A stretch of 64,000 nucleotides of DNA, taken from NCBI GenBank assembly GCA_028707005.1, contig JAQTVB010000001.1, forward strand, positions 755 to 64,754, read 5' to 3'. A model generated the notes under the pieces. It saw only the letters and a list, made by a program, of their open reading frames with translations, did no database searches and was not told where the DNA came from. The DNA comes from Patescibacteria group bacterium. Its GTDB lineage: Bacteria > Patescibacteriota > Patescibacteriia > Patescibacteriales > GWC2-42-12. Below, in pieces: positions 25,824 to 35,699 of the stretch (its first letter is position 1; each line of letters starts with the position of its first letter). Position numbers and translations under genes: made by a program.

Positions 25824-28171
25824 TTCCCTCCCAACGCCTGATAGTCAGCCTCGGTCACGCCCACGCCCAGTTTGCGCATGATATTAAAAGCATCGGCGGC
25901 TTTGGCCAGAAAATATCTTTTGCCGTCGGCCGGATTAATATACCAGGCCTCGCCATGTCCCTGCACCTGCAACAAAATCTTGCCTATGAACTTTTTCGCC
26001 AAAGCGCTGTCAAAAACCAATTTTTTATTTTTTATTAAAGGCGAATAGCCGGTGATGATCTCATCTTTATCGCTATAACCGTCGGCATCGGTATCAGCCT
26101 TGTTCGGATCGCTGCCGATAGCGGTTTCAAAAGCATCGGGCAAGCCATCGTTATCCGCATCGGCGCCGGATAAAGCGCTTAAGCCGACCGGAATTTTTAC
26201 CAAATTGGCATTGGTCATGCCGATGGCCTGCTGTCTGATAACGGCAAAGGCTTGCTCCGGCTTGCCCAAAAAATACAACTTCTTATCTGTTTGGCTAAGA
26301 TAATAGGCTTGGCCCTTGGCTTGCACCCTTAAAACAATTCTGCCTTTAAGTTTCCCGTATAAGCTGTTATTAGCGATGGCGTAACTCTCAAGGTTGGCGG
26401 CCTCGGCTATACTGCCGGCGCCGGCGGAAAGCGGCGCCGCAATAGCCGGTTCTTGAACATTCAGGCCGGCCCAGGCGGTTTTCACATTCGTGCCCGGAGT
26501 GCTGGTAGAACTTACAAAATATTCATATTGGCCATAAGCCAAATTTTTTAAAACCACTTCATGCCGCGCGGTTTTGGCGTCTGACCCGGCTACGCTTACC
26601 GAGGCGTCTCCTGCCTTGCGATAATAGACATAACCCGAGGAGATTAAATTAGTGGCCCAGCTGGTGGTGGCGTTCTGGCCCAAAGCGGAAACGCTCGGAC
26701 CGGCAGTAATGGCTAAAGTATCATCTATGGGCAGAGAAAAACCGCTGATTATCTCGGTCTTTTCCGCCGTGCCGTTCTTGGCCGTTATGGCATAAATATA
26801 ATTTTCTCCCGATTTTAAATGATCTAAAATAATAGCATGTTCAAGCGCCGATTCAGCAGCGTCAATTTTATTATCATTAACATTATAATGCGCTTGGTTG
26901 TAATTTAAAACGCCCGTGGTTTTCAGATCGGTTGTCCAGCCGATTATGGCGGTAGTGGAACTTACCAAGCTTACGCTTTTGGCTATAACGAAAAAATCGT
27001 CAGCTTCCGCCAAACTCTTGTAAACTTTGACCGGGGTAGAAGTGGCATCATTATTATAATTGGCTTCAACCAACTGCTTATTTTTATTGACGGCAAAGGA
27101 CAAATTAAAATTTCCCGGCTGGCTGAAAACGCCATGGAACTTATAGTTAAAAATCCCGCCCGGATTAAAAGGCGCGTTTAGCGTCGGGTAAGAGTCCATG
27201 ACCGGATCGTTGACGCCGTAGTCAAAATACGGCAGGCTGAAATTTATTTCGCTTTTTGCCAGGCCGACGGCGTCGGTTAAAGCAACCTTGCCTGAATTTT
27301 TTATGCCAATAATTAAATCAATCGCCTGGCCCAGAATAATTTTATCCGCGCTAAAGCTCGCCGAATTAATGGCCAGATCGGTGTCGGCCGCGTTATAAAC
27401 GGTAATTTTTTTAGCGGCTGAATTATTAGCTAAGTCGCTTTCCGCTAAAGCGTCGTCCGCATCAATGGTAAAGCTGAATTGCTTTTCGCCGCTTGAAGTA
27501 AATTTTCCTTCATAGCTCCAGTAGAGATAGCCGCCGCTATGAATTATATTCTTAAGCGACGGCGCAGTGCTTGAGGCCCGGTCAATGGAAAAATCTTGAA
27601 AACCGCGCGCTATATTTAAACCGGCCTCGGTATATAAATTATAAGAACTGTTGTTTTTCACCGCGATTTGGATATAACAATTTTGGTTGACCATGGGGTT
27701 GGCCGGCAGGAGAGAAATGGATTCAACCGCCAAATCATAGCCGGCCACGCTCACCGTTAAGCTAATCGAATTGTTGCCGGTGTCGCTTTCGGTTAAAAAA
27801 CCGGCCGGATCAACGGAAAAATTAAGCGTCACCGAGCCGATCTTGGTAAACAAACCATTGATGCCGAAAGTAATATAATCGTTAGTTCTTATAAACGCGC
27901 CTGGCGACGGCGAAACACCGGTTTGAGAATCGGTTTTATAGCCATCTCCGGAAACATTGGATTTCAAAGGAAAATTCAAAGTAAAATCATTGCCCAGATT
28001 TTTTACCTTGGCGGTAAAACTGCATAATTGATTAACTTCGCACTTAGCCGAATTCATAATTAAAGATTCGGCCTTCAAGTCATAATTTTCATCCGCCCGG
28101 GCATGCTTCGGTCCGGGGGAAATAACTAAAAGCAAGAAAAATAATATAACAATTTTTATAAACTTTTGCAT
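25820..28171 (-). CDS. Large secreted protein (783 aa): signal peptide, Ig/CARDB-like beta domains, TSP3-like Ca-binding DxDxDG repeats, two C-terminal ~55-aa repeats (GEAWYI/GQAYYL ... DAFNIMRKLGVG)
   Basis: Signal peptide MQKFIKIVILFFLLLVISPGPKHARA; repeats read in translation. Confidence 0.6.
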   Translation of the reverse strand: MQKFIKIVILFFLLLVISPGPKHARADENYDLKAESLIMNSAKCEVNQLCSFTAKVKNLGNDFTLNFPLKSNVSGDGYKTDSQTGVSPSPGAFIRTNDYITFGINGLFTKIGSVTLNFSVDPAGFLTESDTGNNSISLTVSVAGYDLAVESISLLPANPMVNQNCYIQIAVKNNSSYNLYTEAGLNIARGFQDFSIDRASSTAPSLKNIIHSGGYLYWSYEGKFTSSGEKQFSFTIDADDALAESDLANNSAAKKITVYNAADTDLAINSASFSADKIILGQAIDLIIGIKNSGKVALTDAVGLAKSEINFSLPYFDYGVNDPVMDSYPTLNAPFNPGGIFNYKFHGVFSQPGNFNLSFAVNKNKQLVEANYNNDATSTPVKVYKSLAEADDFFVIAKSVSLVSSTTAIIGWTTDLKTTGVLNYNQAHYNVNDNKIDAAESALEHAIILDHLKSGENYIYAITAKNGTAEKTEIISGFSLPIDDTLAITAGPSVSALGQNATTSWATNLISSGYVYYRKAGDASVSVAGSDAKTARHEVVLKNLAYGQYEYFVSSTSTPGTNVKTAWAGLNVQEPAIAAPLSAGAGSIAEAANLESYAIANNSLYGKLKGRIVLRVQAKGQAYYLSQTDKKLYFLGKPEQAFAVIRQQAIGMTNANLVKIPVGLSALSGADADNDGLPDAFETAIGSDPNKADTDADGYSDKDEIITGYSPLIKNKKLVFDSALAKKFIGKILLQVQGHGEAWYINPADGKRYFLAKAADAFNIMRKLGVGVTEADYQALGGK

Positions 28172-28359
28172 TTTATTAAAAATTATAAAATTAAAAATTA
28201 AAAATTTTCCTTATGCTTATATTTTATCACTTCTTCCCTGCTTTAACAATTAAGGAGATATTTGAATAAAAAAACCGCGGCCGAGAGATCTCCTGGCGGA
28301 AATCTCCGATCGCGGTCTGATTTTCTAAAAGGACTCCACTCCGGCTGCCGGCGCTGGCG

Positions 28360-29529
28360 CTAGTAGCCGATAGTGATGGTCTGCAGGCTATCCGTTAATT
28401 CAAACGTCCTGCAAGTCAAGACGCTGAAGGCATCAACCTTGATGCAAGCCTGCCAAACCCCAGGGCTGGCGTTCGTCGCCACGTCGCCGTAGAGATCAAC
28501 CACCCTGGTGCCGAGCGGCAACACGCAAAACGAGACATTTGAAAAGACGTTTGTCGCCGTAAGGACGACTTTTTTGCTTCCTAGTTGAACGCCATCGGCA
28601 GGATCAACCAAGCGCAAGTTGGAAACGGCCTGACACTCGGCCGGATCCAAATAGACGGTTACTGGTCCCACGTTGTCTCCCTCGTTCGTGTTGTCGGTTA
28701 AGACGAACGAACCCAGTTTAACGTTTCTTGTTCCCGGTGCCACGGTTTGGTCGCCAAAATTGGGATTTTTGGTTAACAGTAGACAATCGTCGCTCACCCT
28801 GAGCGTACACCCATCAACTTCTGCGACGGGTACAGAGAACCAGAACGCCCTCTGCGCTATCACCCCTTGGACATTGTTATGCCCGGAGGCTATACCAACG
28901 GTTATGGTTTTACCGCCGAAGTTGCCTATATTACAGGCTGTGAGCTTCACTTTATTGGTCACCCCAACTGCAACTGTAAAGTCGCCCGGATTAAACCGGA
29001 AATCCTTAGGCAAGCCGTTTGTCACGGCCCGGCAACATAGCTCCCGGCCATCGACGATCAGCCGGATATACATCACCTGACCAGGCATCAGGTCGCCGTT
29101 AGGCTCCCTGATGTAAATGACGACCGGCAGGCCGTCAACCCACGACCCGGCATCCGTCGCCGTGACATCAAACACGGCCAATACCTGTTCAAACGTGTTG
29201 ACGATCAGCTCGCTGTCCGGAGACTCCGGCGCGCGAGTGATGGTCAAATTGGGCTGCTTCACAACCCAGAAAAAACTCCGGCTATTGGTCATAGTCGTGT
29301 CAAAAGTGCAGACATTGGTCGGCAATGCCGCCACCTCGGACCAAGGGCCGTTCACCGACGTTGAACTTAAGACCCGGTAGGCTACGCCTGGCTCTCCCTG
29401 CCAGCAGATTCTGGCTTGATCGCCGCCTACCGGATTATTGATGATGAGCTGAAGACCTGTGTCTTCAGCATTAACTGCCGTCACGATAAGCAACGACAGG
29501 ATTACTGCGTTGATTGTTGTAGTTTTCAT
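28360..29529 (-). CDS. Hypothetical secreted protein (389 aa), GC-rich relative to neighbours
   Basis: Signal peptide MKTTTINAVILSLLIVTAVNA; composition. Confidence 0.5.
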   Translation of the reverse strand: MKTTTINAVILSLLIVTAVNAEDTGLQLIINNPVGGDQARICWQGEPGVAYRVLSSTSVNGPWSEVAALPTNVCTFDTTMTNSRSFFWVVKQPNLTITRAPESPDSELIVNTFEQVLAVFDVTATDAGSWVDGLPVVIYIREPNGDLMPGQVMYIRLIVDGRELCCRAVTNGLPKDFRFNPGDFTVAVGVTNKVKLTACNIGNFGGKTITVGIASGHNNVQGVIAQRAFWFSVPVAEVDGCTLRVSDDCLLLTKNPNFGDQTVAPGTRNVKLGSFVLTDNTNEGDNVGPVTVYLDPAECQAVSNLRLVDPADGVQLGSKKVVLTATNVFSNVSFCVLPLGTRVVDLYGDVATNASPGVWQACIKVDAFSVLTCRTFELTDSLQTITIGY

Positions 29530-29641
29530 GATGTTTCATGTAGTTTCTTTGTACTTTCATTTTGAAATTGTCAATGTGCCTTCCACCCGGAATGGCCCAT
29601 TTTCTTGTGTCACTATCCTACTAACCCAACTTGTCATTGTA

Positions 29642-31186
29642 CTACAATTGTGAGCTAATGTCAAATTTTTCTGCCAACATTTTGCATCGCCGCAATTTGA
29701 TGACTAAAAAAATTATTAGCAAATAATAGACCGCCACCCAGCCCCAAGCCAGATGACCAACGGTCAAAGAGCTGAATTTAAAACCGGCAAAAAATTTCAC
29801 CACCGCCAGAATGTATTTGGTCAAAATCAGGCTGGGCAGAAAAAAAAGAAATGACAGCTTAGGGACAAGCGCGGCCAGAGGCAAGGCCGCCAAAATAGCC
29901 ATGGTCAGAATCGGCACGGCCCATAGCACGGCCAAATTGGCCAGGGGCGCGATCAAAGAGACGCGCGAAAAGTCATAAGCCAGGATCGGCACAGTGAAAG
30001 TTTGCGCGGCCAGCGTGATCAGCAAAGCGTCGCTCACGCCCTTGAGCTTGGGCAGTTTGATTTTTTCCCAGAGCGCTTCCAGAATCGGATAAACATAAAC
30101 CAGCCCGGCCATGGCCGCAAAAGACAGCTGGAAACCGGCGTCATCGCGCAACAGCTTGGGATTAATTAACAATAAAATCGCCGCGGTTAAAACCAGCGAG
30201 TTGGTCATCTTGTTTAACCGCCCCAATTTCAGCGCCCAAAGCACAAAAAAAGCCATCAGCCCGGCGCGCGTGGCCGAGGCCGGTGCGCCGACCAATATAA
30301 TATAACCGGCCAGCAGCGCGACCGCCAAATAAAACGCGTAACGCCGCGCCACTCCTAAGGCCAATAAGACGGCCATGGCGATAGCCGCTAAAATACTGAC
30401 GTTGAAACCGGAAACGGCCATAATATGCGTCAAGCCGACTTTTTGAAAATCATCCCTAATATTTTGCGGCAAGCCTTTTTGTCCGCCAAAAACAATCGGC
30501 CGCGCCAAACTTGCTTCCGGCTCGCTTAATCCCGCGTCAATCAAGCCGGCCAGAATTTTTTTAAAATGAAAAATGCGGCGGTAAATCAGATTGCCTTGGC
30601 CCGAGCGGATGACGCTGATCTTCGGATAATAGCACACCGCGTAGATATTATAGCGCGCCAAGTAGCGATCATAAGCAAACCCGTTGAATTCTTCCGGCTG
30701 CTCCGGCTGGCACGCTATTTCCAGCTCGTCGCCATAGTCATGCTCCGGATACAAATTGGTGGTAACCAGCAATCTGCCCTTGGCCGGCCGCCAGGCCGGC
30801 GACTGAATTGCCACCACCGCGATCTCTAATTTTTGGCTGGTTTCCCTTGGATCAGGCTCGCTGGCCACCAACCCGCGCGCTACCACTGATTTCCCATGAT
30901 AATGCCAGATTTTATCCGGCGCATCCTGCGGCAGGCTTACGGCATAGCGCCAAAGGGCAAAGCATAAAATGGCCATGCCCAGTAAGGCCAGGTCGCGACC
31001 TGGCCTTGCCTTGGCCGTTGCTCCGCCTGTCTGCCACAACAACGCCGCCACCATCAAAAAAAATATGGCGGCGCCAAACCACCGTATTTTATATTCTAAA
31101 AATTTAACTGGCAAAAACGAGGCCGCGGCAATACCGACAATAAACACTAAACAACTGATTAAAAAAATCTTGGATTTAGAAAACAT
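29642..31186 (-). CDS. comEC: ComEC/Rec2-family DNA internalisation channel (DUF4131 plus competence domain) lacking the MBL domain
   Basis: GLTHIMAVSGFNVSIL competence-domain motif; polytopic membrane protein of 514 aa. Confidence 0.8.
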   Translation of the reverse strand: MFSKSKIFLISCLVFIVGIAAASFLPVKFLEYKIRWFGAAIFFLMVAALLWQTGGATAKARPGRDLALLGMAILCFALWRYAVSLPQDAPDKIWHYHGKSVVARGLVASEPDPRETSQKLEIAVVAIQSPAWRPAKGRLLVTTNLYPEHDYGDELEIACQPEQPEEFNGFAYDRYLARYNIYAVCYYPKISVIRSGQGNLIYRRIFHFKKILAGLIDAGLSEPEASLARPIVFGGQKGLPQNIRDDFQKVGLTHIMAVSGFNVSILAAIAMAVLLALGVARRYAFYLAVALLAGYIILVGAPASATRAGLMAFFVLWALKLGRLNKMTNSLVLTAAILLLINPKLLRDDAGFQLSFAAMAGLVYVYPILEALWEKIKLPKLKGVSDALLITLAAQTFTVPILAYDFSRVSLIAPLANLAVLWAVPILTMAILAALPLAALVPKLSFLFFLPSLILTKYILAVVKFFAGFKFSSLTVGHLAWGWVAVYYLLIIFLVIKLRRCKMLAEKFDISSQL

Positions 31187-31246
31187 TTTCCCTCCTTATG
31201 AAAAAATAATTTTCAAACAAAGACCATGGGTTTGCTTAATTAAAAA

Positions 31247-32062
31247 TTACCCAAAGGGATTTTCTTTGGTAAAATCCGGCAAAAACACGGAATGGCTGCC
31301 CGGCGCCTGCGCCCAGCCTTGATCAAGCCCAAGCTTCAACATGTAATGAAAAACTTTTTCATATTCTTCCGGCGCCACGTTCCGTCTAAGTTCCGGAAAA
31401 TTTTTCGCTTTGAAAACCGGCGCGTATTGACTCATTAAATTAACGCGAATGTCTTGATTGATTTCTTTAAGACAATTTAAAGCCATAAAGCTATTTTCCG
31501 CGTTATTGGGCAAAACCAGATGTCTGACCATCAAGCCTTTTATCGCAATCTTGTTTTTATCCAGCTGCAGATGGCCGACCTGCAGCAGCATGGCTCCGAC
31601 CGCCGCCTTGGCCTTTACCAGATAATCTTTCACGCCGGAATATTTAAAAGCCAAAGAGTCGCTGCCATATTTAAAATCAGGCAGATAAATATCCACCAGC
31701 CCCTTCATGCTCTCAATGACGTCAAGGCTTTCATAAGCGTTAGAATTCCAAATAATCGGCAGTTTTAAGCCCTGCTCTTGAGCCATGACAATCGCTTGCT
31801 TAATCTCTTTAGCCCAAATGGTTGGCGACACCAGATCAATGTTAACTGCGCCCTCCCGCGCCAAGGTAAGCATAATGTCGGCCAGTTCTTTAATACTGAA
31901 CTTTTTACCAAGGCCCTGTTGCGAAATTTGGTAATTTTGGCAATAGACACATCTCAAATTACAACCGGTAAAAAATATTGTACCTGCGCCTTGATCTCCG
32001 ACTAGCGGCGGCTCTTCGCCAAAATGTTTGCCATACCAGGCAATTTTTACGGAATTGGACAT
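31247..32062 (-). CDS. Radical SAM protein, PflA/AmmeMemo-type activase-like family
   Basis: GCNLRCVYCQN CxxxCxxC cluster motif near N-terminus; 271 aa. Confidence 0.6.
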   Translation of the reverse strand: MSNSVKIAWYGKHFGEEPPLVGDQGAGTIFFTGCNLRCVYCQNYQISQQGLGKKFSIKELADIMLTLAREGAVNIDLVSPTIWAKEIKQAIVMAQEQGLKLPIIWNSNAYESLDVIESMKGLVDIYLPDFKYGSDSLAFKYSGVKDYLVKAKAAVGAMLLQVGHLQLDKNKIAIKGLMVRHLVLPNNAENSFMALNCLKEINQDIRVNLMSQYAPVFKAKNFPELRRNVAPEEYEKVFHYMLKLGLDQGWAQAPGSHSVFLPDFTKENPFG

Positions 32063-32092
32063 AATGATGCTTATTCTAAATTTCCCATTGTT

Positions 32093-32755
32093 TTATTTAT
32101 ACACCCGGTGAAATTTATAAAATAAATAACTAAAAATAATCAAAGCAAGCAGGCCCAAGCCGGCGTATTTCCCTACCTTGCCTTCAAAAGACCGCCAGAC
32201 CGGCTTGTTGAAAAATTTTGTTTTTAATCGCGGAATAGTGATCAAGGCCTTGGCCATCTCTAAAATGGGAAATTCCTCCTTCTCCCCCACCACCAAAACA
32301 TATTTGCCTAAATTATCCGGGCTAGAAACTTTTATAAAATAATAGCCGGCCTCACCGAATTTTTTTACCCATGGCCCTTGCCAATAATCATCGCCCGCGT
32401 ATTCTTCATAAAACGCGGTCCAGGCCGCCGCTTCGGGATTAAGCGTGGCGAAAACCGCGGCCGCTTGTCCTAGCTCCGGCGCATACTCTATGGCCACAGT
32501 TTTATCTTTACCAATATTCGGCAAAGCCGGCACCAGAATTTGCCAATAAAGCTCCTGCGCTTCTTTCAAGTCAATAACGTAAAATGCCGGCTGGCCTTTT
32601 AGTTCGCCATAAAATGCCTGGGAAACTCTGGGATTCTTGATAACGACCAGCTGATCGCCGGTGATATAGCGCGGCTGATGCGCTCCAGCTGCCGCCGCCA
32701 CGCCGAAACTGCAAAATACCAAGCCTAATATTAAAATAAACCGATATTTCATCAT
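32093..32755 (-). CDS. Hypothetical exported protein with C-terminal TM anchor (220 aa)
   Basis: Signal peptide plus C-terminal hydrophobic helix. Confidence 0.5.
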   Translation of the reverse strand: MMKYRFILILGLVFCSFGVAAAAGAHQPRYITGDQLVVIKNPRVSQAFYGELKGQPAFYVIDLKEAQELYWQILVPALPNIGKDKTVAIEYAPELGQAAAVFATLNPEAAAWTAFYEEYAGDDYWQGPWVKKFGEAGYYFIKVSSPDNLGKYVLVVGEKEEFPILEMAKALITIPRLKTKFFNKPVWRSFEGKVGKYAGLGLLALIIFSYLFYKFHRVYK

Positions 32756-32756
32756 A

Positions 32757-32800
32757 AATTGTTTTATTGTTTTCTTGCTTTCTTGCTTTCTTGCTTGTCC
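32757..32800. repeat. (caagaaag)n repeat gttttcttgctttcttgctttcttg upstream of 32755 start, adjacent to hairpin tcctccg-aagcttcag-cggagga
   Basis: 25-nt identity with the nrdR 3' end (40880-40904). Confidence 0.6.
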
Positions 32801-32809
32801 TCCGAAGCT

Positions 32810-33914
32810 TCAGCGGAGGAGGGTTTTCTTGCTTCGTAAATACGCTTCCATAAAGCCGTTAAGCTCTCCGTCCAAGACGCTTTGAATATCAGAAGTTTCC
32901 TGCTCGGTGCGATGGTCTTTAACTAACTGGTAGGGCTGCATGACGTAAGAGCGGATCTGCTTGCCCCATTCGGCTTTTTCTAATTTGCCGCGCACTTTTT
33001 TTTCTTCACTATCCTTTCTTTCTTCGGCCAGCTTGAATAATTTAGCTTTTAAAATCCGCAGGGCCGTTTCCCTGTTTTGCAATTGCGATCTCTGCGTCTG
33101 GCAAGCGACCACAATGCCGCTCGGCTTATGCAAAATACGCACCGCGGTTTCCACTTTATTGACATTTTGCCCGCCCGCGCCCGAAGAGCGGTAAGTCGTC
33201 ACCTCCAGATCGGCCGGCTTGATTTCCATTATTTCAGTGTCCGGCAATTCGGGAATAACTTCCACTAAAGCGAAAGAGGTGTGGCGCATCTGTTCGGCAT
33301 CAAACGGCGAAATGCGCACCAAGCGGTGCACTCCTGATTCGCTCTTTAAATAACCGTAAGCCCAGTTGCCGATAATACGGTAGCTGGCGTTTTTAATGCC
33401 GGCTTCGTTGCCCGCGTTGCGCTCCACTAATTCGGCTTGCCAGCCGCGCTTTTCCGCGAATCTTAAAAACATGCGCTCCAGCATCTGCGCCCAGTCCTGC
33501 GCGTCCACGCCGCCGGTGCCGGCGTGTAAAGAAATAATAGCATTATTTTTATCGTATTTGCCGGAAAATAAAACAAAAAACTCCAGCTCCTCGTAGCGGC
33601 GCTTGAACTCCTGGTATTTTAAATTAGCTTCATCAGCGATTGATAAATCACGCTCTTTCACGGCTTCGGCAACATACTGTTCCAAATCGGTAATTTCTTT
33701 TTTTAGCTTTTCCCACTGGCCGATTTCTTTTTCTTCATTTTCCGCCTGTCGGCTGATGGCCACGGCCGCTTCCCGATTTTGCCAAAAATCAGGCGCGCTC
33801 ATCTTTAACTTCTGGCCGCCGACTTCGACCATTCTTCTGTCCAAATCAAAGCAACCTCCAGGTATCTAGGAGGCGTTCTCTCAATATTTCCAGATTTTTC
33901 AATAAATTTTCCAT
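32810..33914 (-). CDS. prfB: Peptide chain release factor 2 with programmed +1 frameshift (frame-0 peptide [22 protein letters not shown] ends at CTT TGA T at 33846-33851, then continues [12 protein letters not shown]...)
   Basis: SPF and GGQ motifs; manual translation of the upstream frame shows the canonical CUU-UGA shifty stop. Confidence 0.85.
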
Positions 33915-34028
33915 GCATTTATCTTACACTTTTACAGCCTAAAAATCAAGCCGGCGACAAGGGTTTCTATAAATAAACAGGTATGCTATAATAACTAAAG
34001 AAGGGATTAAATATTAACTAAAAAAATT

Positions 34029-34175
34029 ATGCCGGAGATTTACAACCCTAAAAAAGAAACACAAAAAATCAAACAGGGAATTGAAGTTTCTCCGCAAGGT
34101 TACCACCTCACGGAAAAAGATACGCAGGAAAAGAAAAAAGGAGCAAAGCAGGAAGAATGGAGAGAGCAAAAATAA
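34029..34175 (+). CDS. Possible small hydrophilic protein (48 aa) with its own terminator
   Basis: Manual ORF MPEIYNPKKETQKIKQGIEVSPQGYHLTEKDTQEKKKGAKQEEWREQK; hairpin terminator 34186-34217. Confidence 0.3.
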   Translation: MPEIYNPKKETQKIKQGIEVSPQGYHLTEKDTQEKKKGAKQEEWREQK

Positions 34176-34185
34176 TTTTTTATAA

Positions 34186-34217
34186 AACACGACCGTTAAT
34201 TGGTCGTGTTTTAATTT
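34186..34217 (+). terminator. Hairpin aacacgacc-gttaat-tggtcgtgtt followed by TTAATTT
   Basis: 9-bp stem. Confidence 0.55.
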
Positions 34218-34258
34218 GTGCTAATCTGTGTATTTTATCCGTGTTAAATTTGTGTGTC

Positions 34259-35521
34259 TTATCTAGCCTCTTCCAGTTTAACTTTAATGGTTTTTTCCTT
34301 GGCTTGGTGAAGAACTTTTAAAGTAATCTCCTGGCCCGGCTTAAATTTGGCGATTTCCGCGGCCAGCAAATTTTCTTCGGTGATTTTCTCGCCGTTAATT
34401 TCCAAAATAATATCATTTTCCGTGAGTCCCGCCTTGTCCGCCGGACTGCCGGGGATAACCGCCAAATCGGTCGGCTTCTGGCCGCGGACGATAATCGCGC
34501 CGTAATCCACCGATAATTTATTGTCCTGGGCAATGGACTGATTGATAATTAAATATCTCACGCCAAGCCAGGGCCGGACAATGCGGCCGTTGGTTTTAAC
34601 ATTATTAATAATGCTTTTAACCGCGTCAATCGGTATGGCGAAACCGATGTTCTGCGCCCCTTGCGCCATAGCCGTGTTAATGCCGATCACCTGGCCGGCA
34701 ATATTGAGGAGCGGACCGCCGGAATTGCCCTGATTAATGGAAGCGTCTGTCTGGATGACATTTTCCAATTCTTCCGCTCCGGATAAAGCGCCGCTGGCGG
34801 TAATGGAGCGGGCTAGACCGGAAATCACGCCGGTGGAAACCGTGTTTCTGAATTCGCCCAAAGCGTTGCCGATGGCGATAACGCTCTGCCCCACTTTCAG
34901 ATTGGCGCTGTCGCCCAATTCCACGGTGGGCAGATTTTTAGCGTCAATTTTCAAAATTGCCAAATCAATAGTCTGATCCTGGCCCACGACTTTGGCCGGA
35001 AATTTCTTGCCATCATTCATTAAAACCGTATAATCGGCTTCAGCGTCATCAACCACATGGCGATTGGTGACAATCAAGCCGTCGGCGGTAATGATAAAAC
35101 CGCTGCCGCCGCCGATTTCTTGCTTAACTGTCCCGCTTGAATCCTGGTTGGACTGATTATTATTCTGCGGCTGGCTAGGCAAAGCAAAATCCGGAAAATC
35201 GGAACCGAAGAATTGGCGGAAAAATTCCGAGCCGAAAGGATTGCCGTATTGCTGAATTTTGGGCAAATTTTTGGTGATAATAATACTTACTACGGCCGGC
35301 GAAACCTTGTCTACGGCCGAAATCACGGCAGAATCTTCGCTTACTTTAATGATTTTTTCCCTCTCCGCGGACGGTTTAGAAAAGCCAAACCACTGGCCGA
35401 AATTCAGCTGATTGGAGGCCAGGCTGCCTGCCCAAAACCCGAAACCGGCGCCCACGATTGAGCTTACAATAATAGAAATGACGATAACCGCAATAAACGC
35501 TTTTTTAAAATTATTGTCCAT
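34259..35521 (-). CDS. htrA: HtrA/DegP-family serine protease (trypsin-like domain plus PDZ) with N-terminal TM
   Basis: TNRHVV (His), D, GNSGGPLLN (Ser) catalytic triad context; C-terminal PDZ. Confidence 0.9.
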   Translation of the reverse strand: MDNNFKKAFIAVIVISIIVSSIVGAGFGFWAGSLASNQLNFGQWFGFSKPSAEREKIIKVSEDSAVISAVDKVSPAVVSIIITKNLPKIQQYGNPFGSEFFRQFFGSDFPDFALPSQPQNNNQSNQDSSGTVKQEIGGGSGFIITADGLIVTNRHVVDDAEADYTVLMNDGKKFPAKVVGQDQTIDLAILKIDAKNLPTVELGDSANLKVGQSVIAIGNALGEFRNTVSTGVISGLARSITASGALSGAEELENVIQTDASINQGNSGGPLLNIAGQVIGINTAMAQGAQNIGFAIPIDAVKSIINNVKTNGRIVRPWLGVRYLIINQSIAQDNKLSVDYGAIIVRGQKPTDLAVIPGSPADKAGLTENDIILEINGEKITEENLLAAEIAKFKPGQEITLKVLHQAKEKTIKVKLEEAR

Positions 35522-35699
35522 AGATTTTATTGAGAAAAGTGAATCAACGAGATTATGACCTATATATTTATACGCTGACCAGGACAGTTTTGTTGCAGAT
35601 TATATAATATTATAGTATTGCCATAAAAAATTTTCAAATCGAACATACTTGATTTTTTTGTTATTATTTGGTTTCATTAAGAGAGGTTGAAAAAAACAA

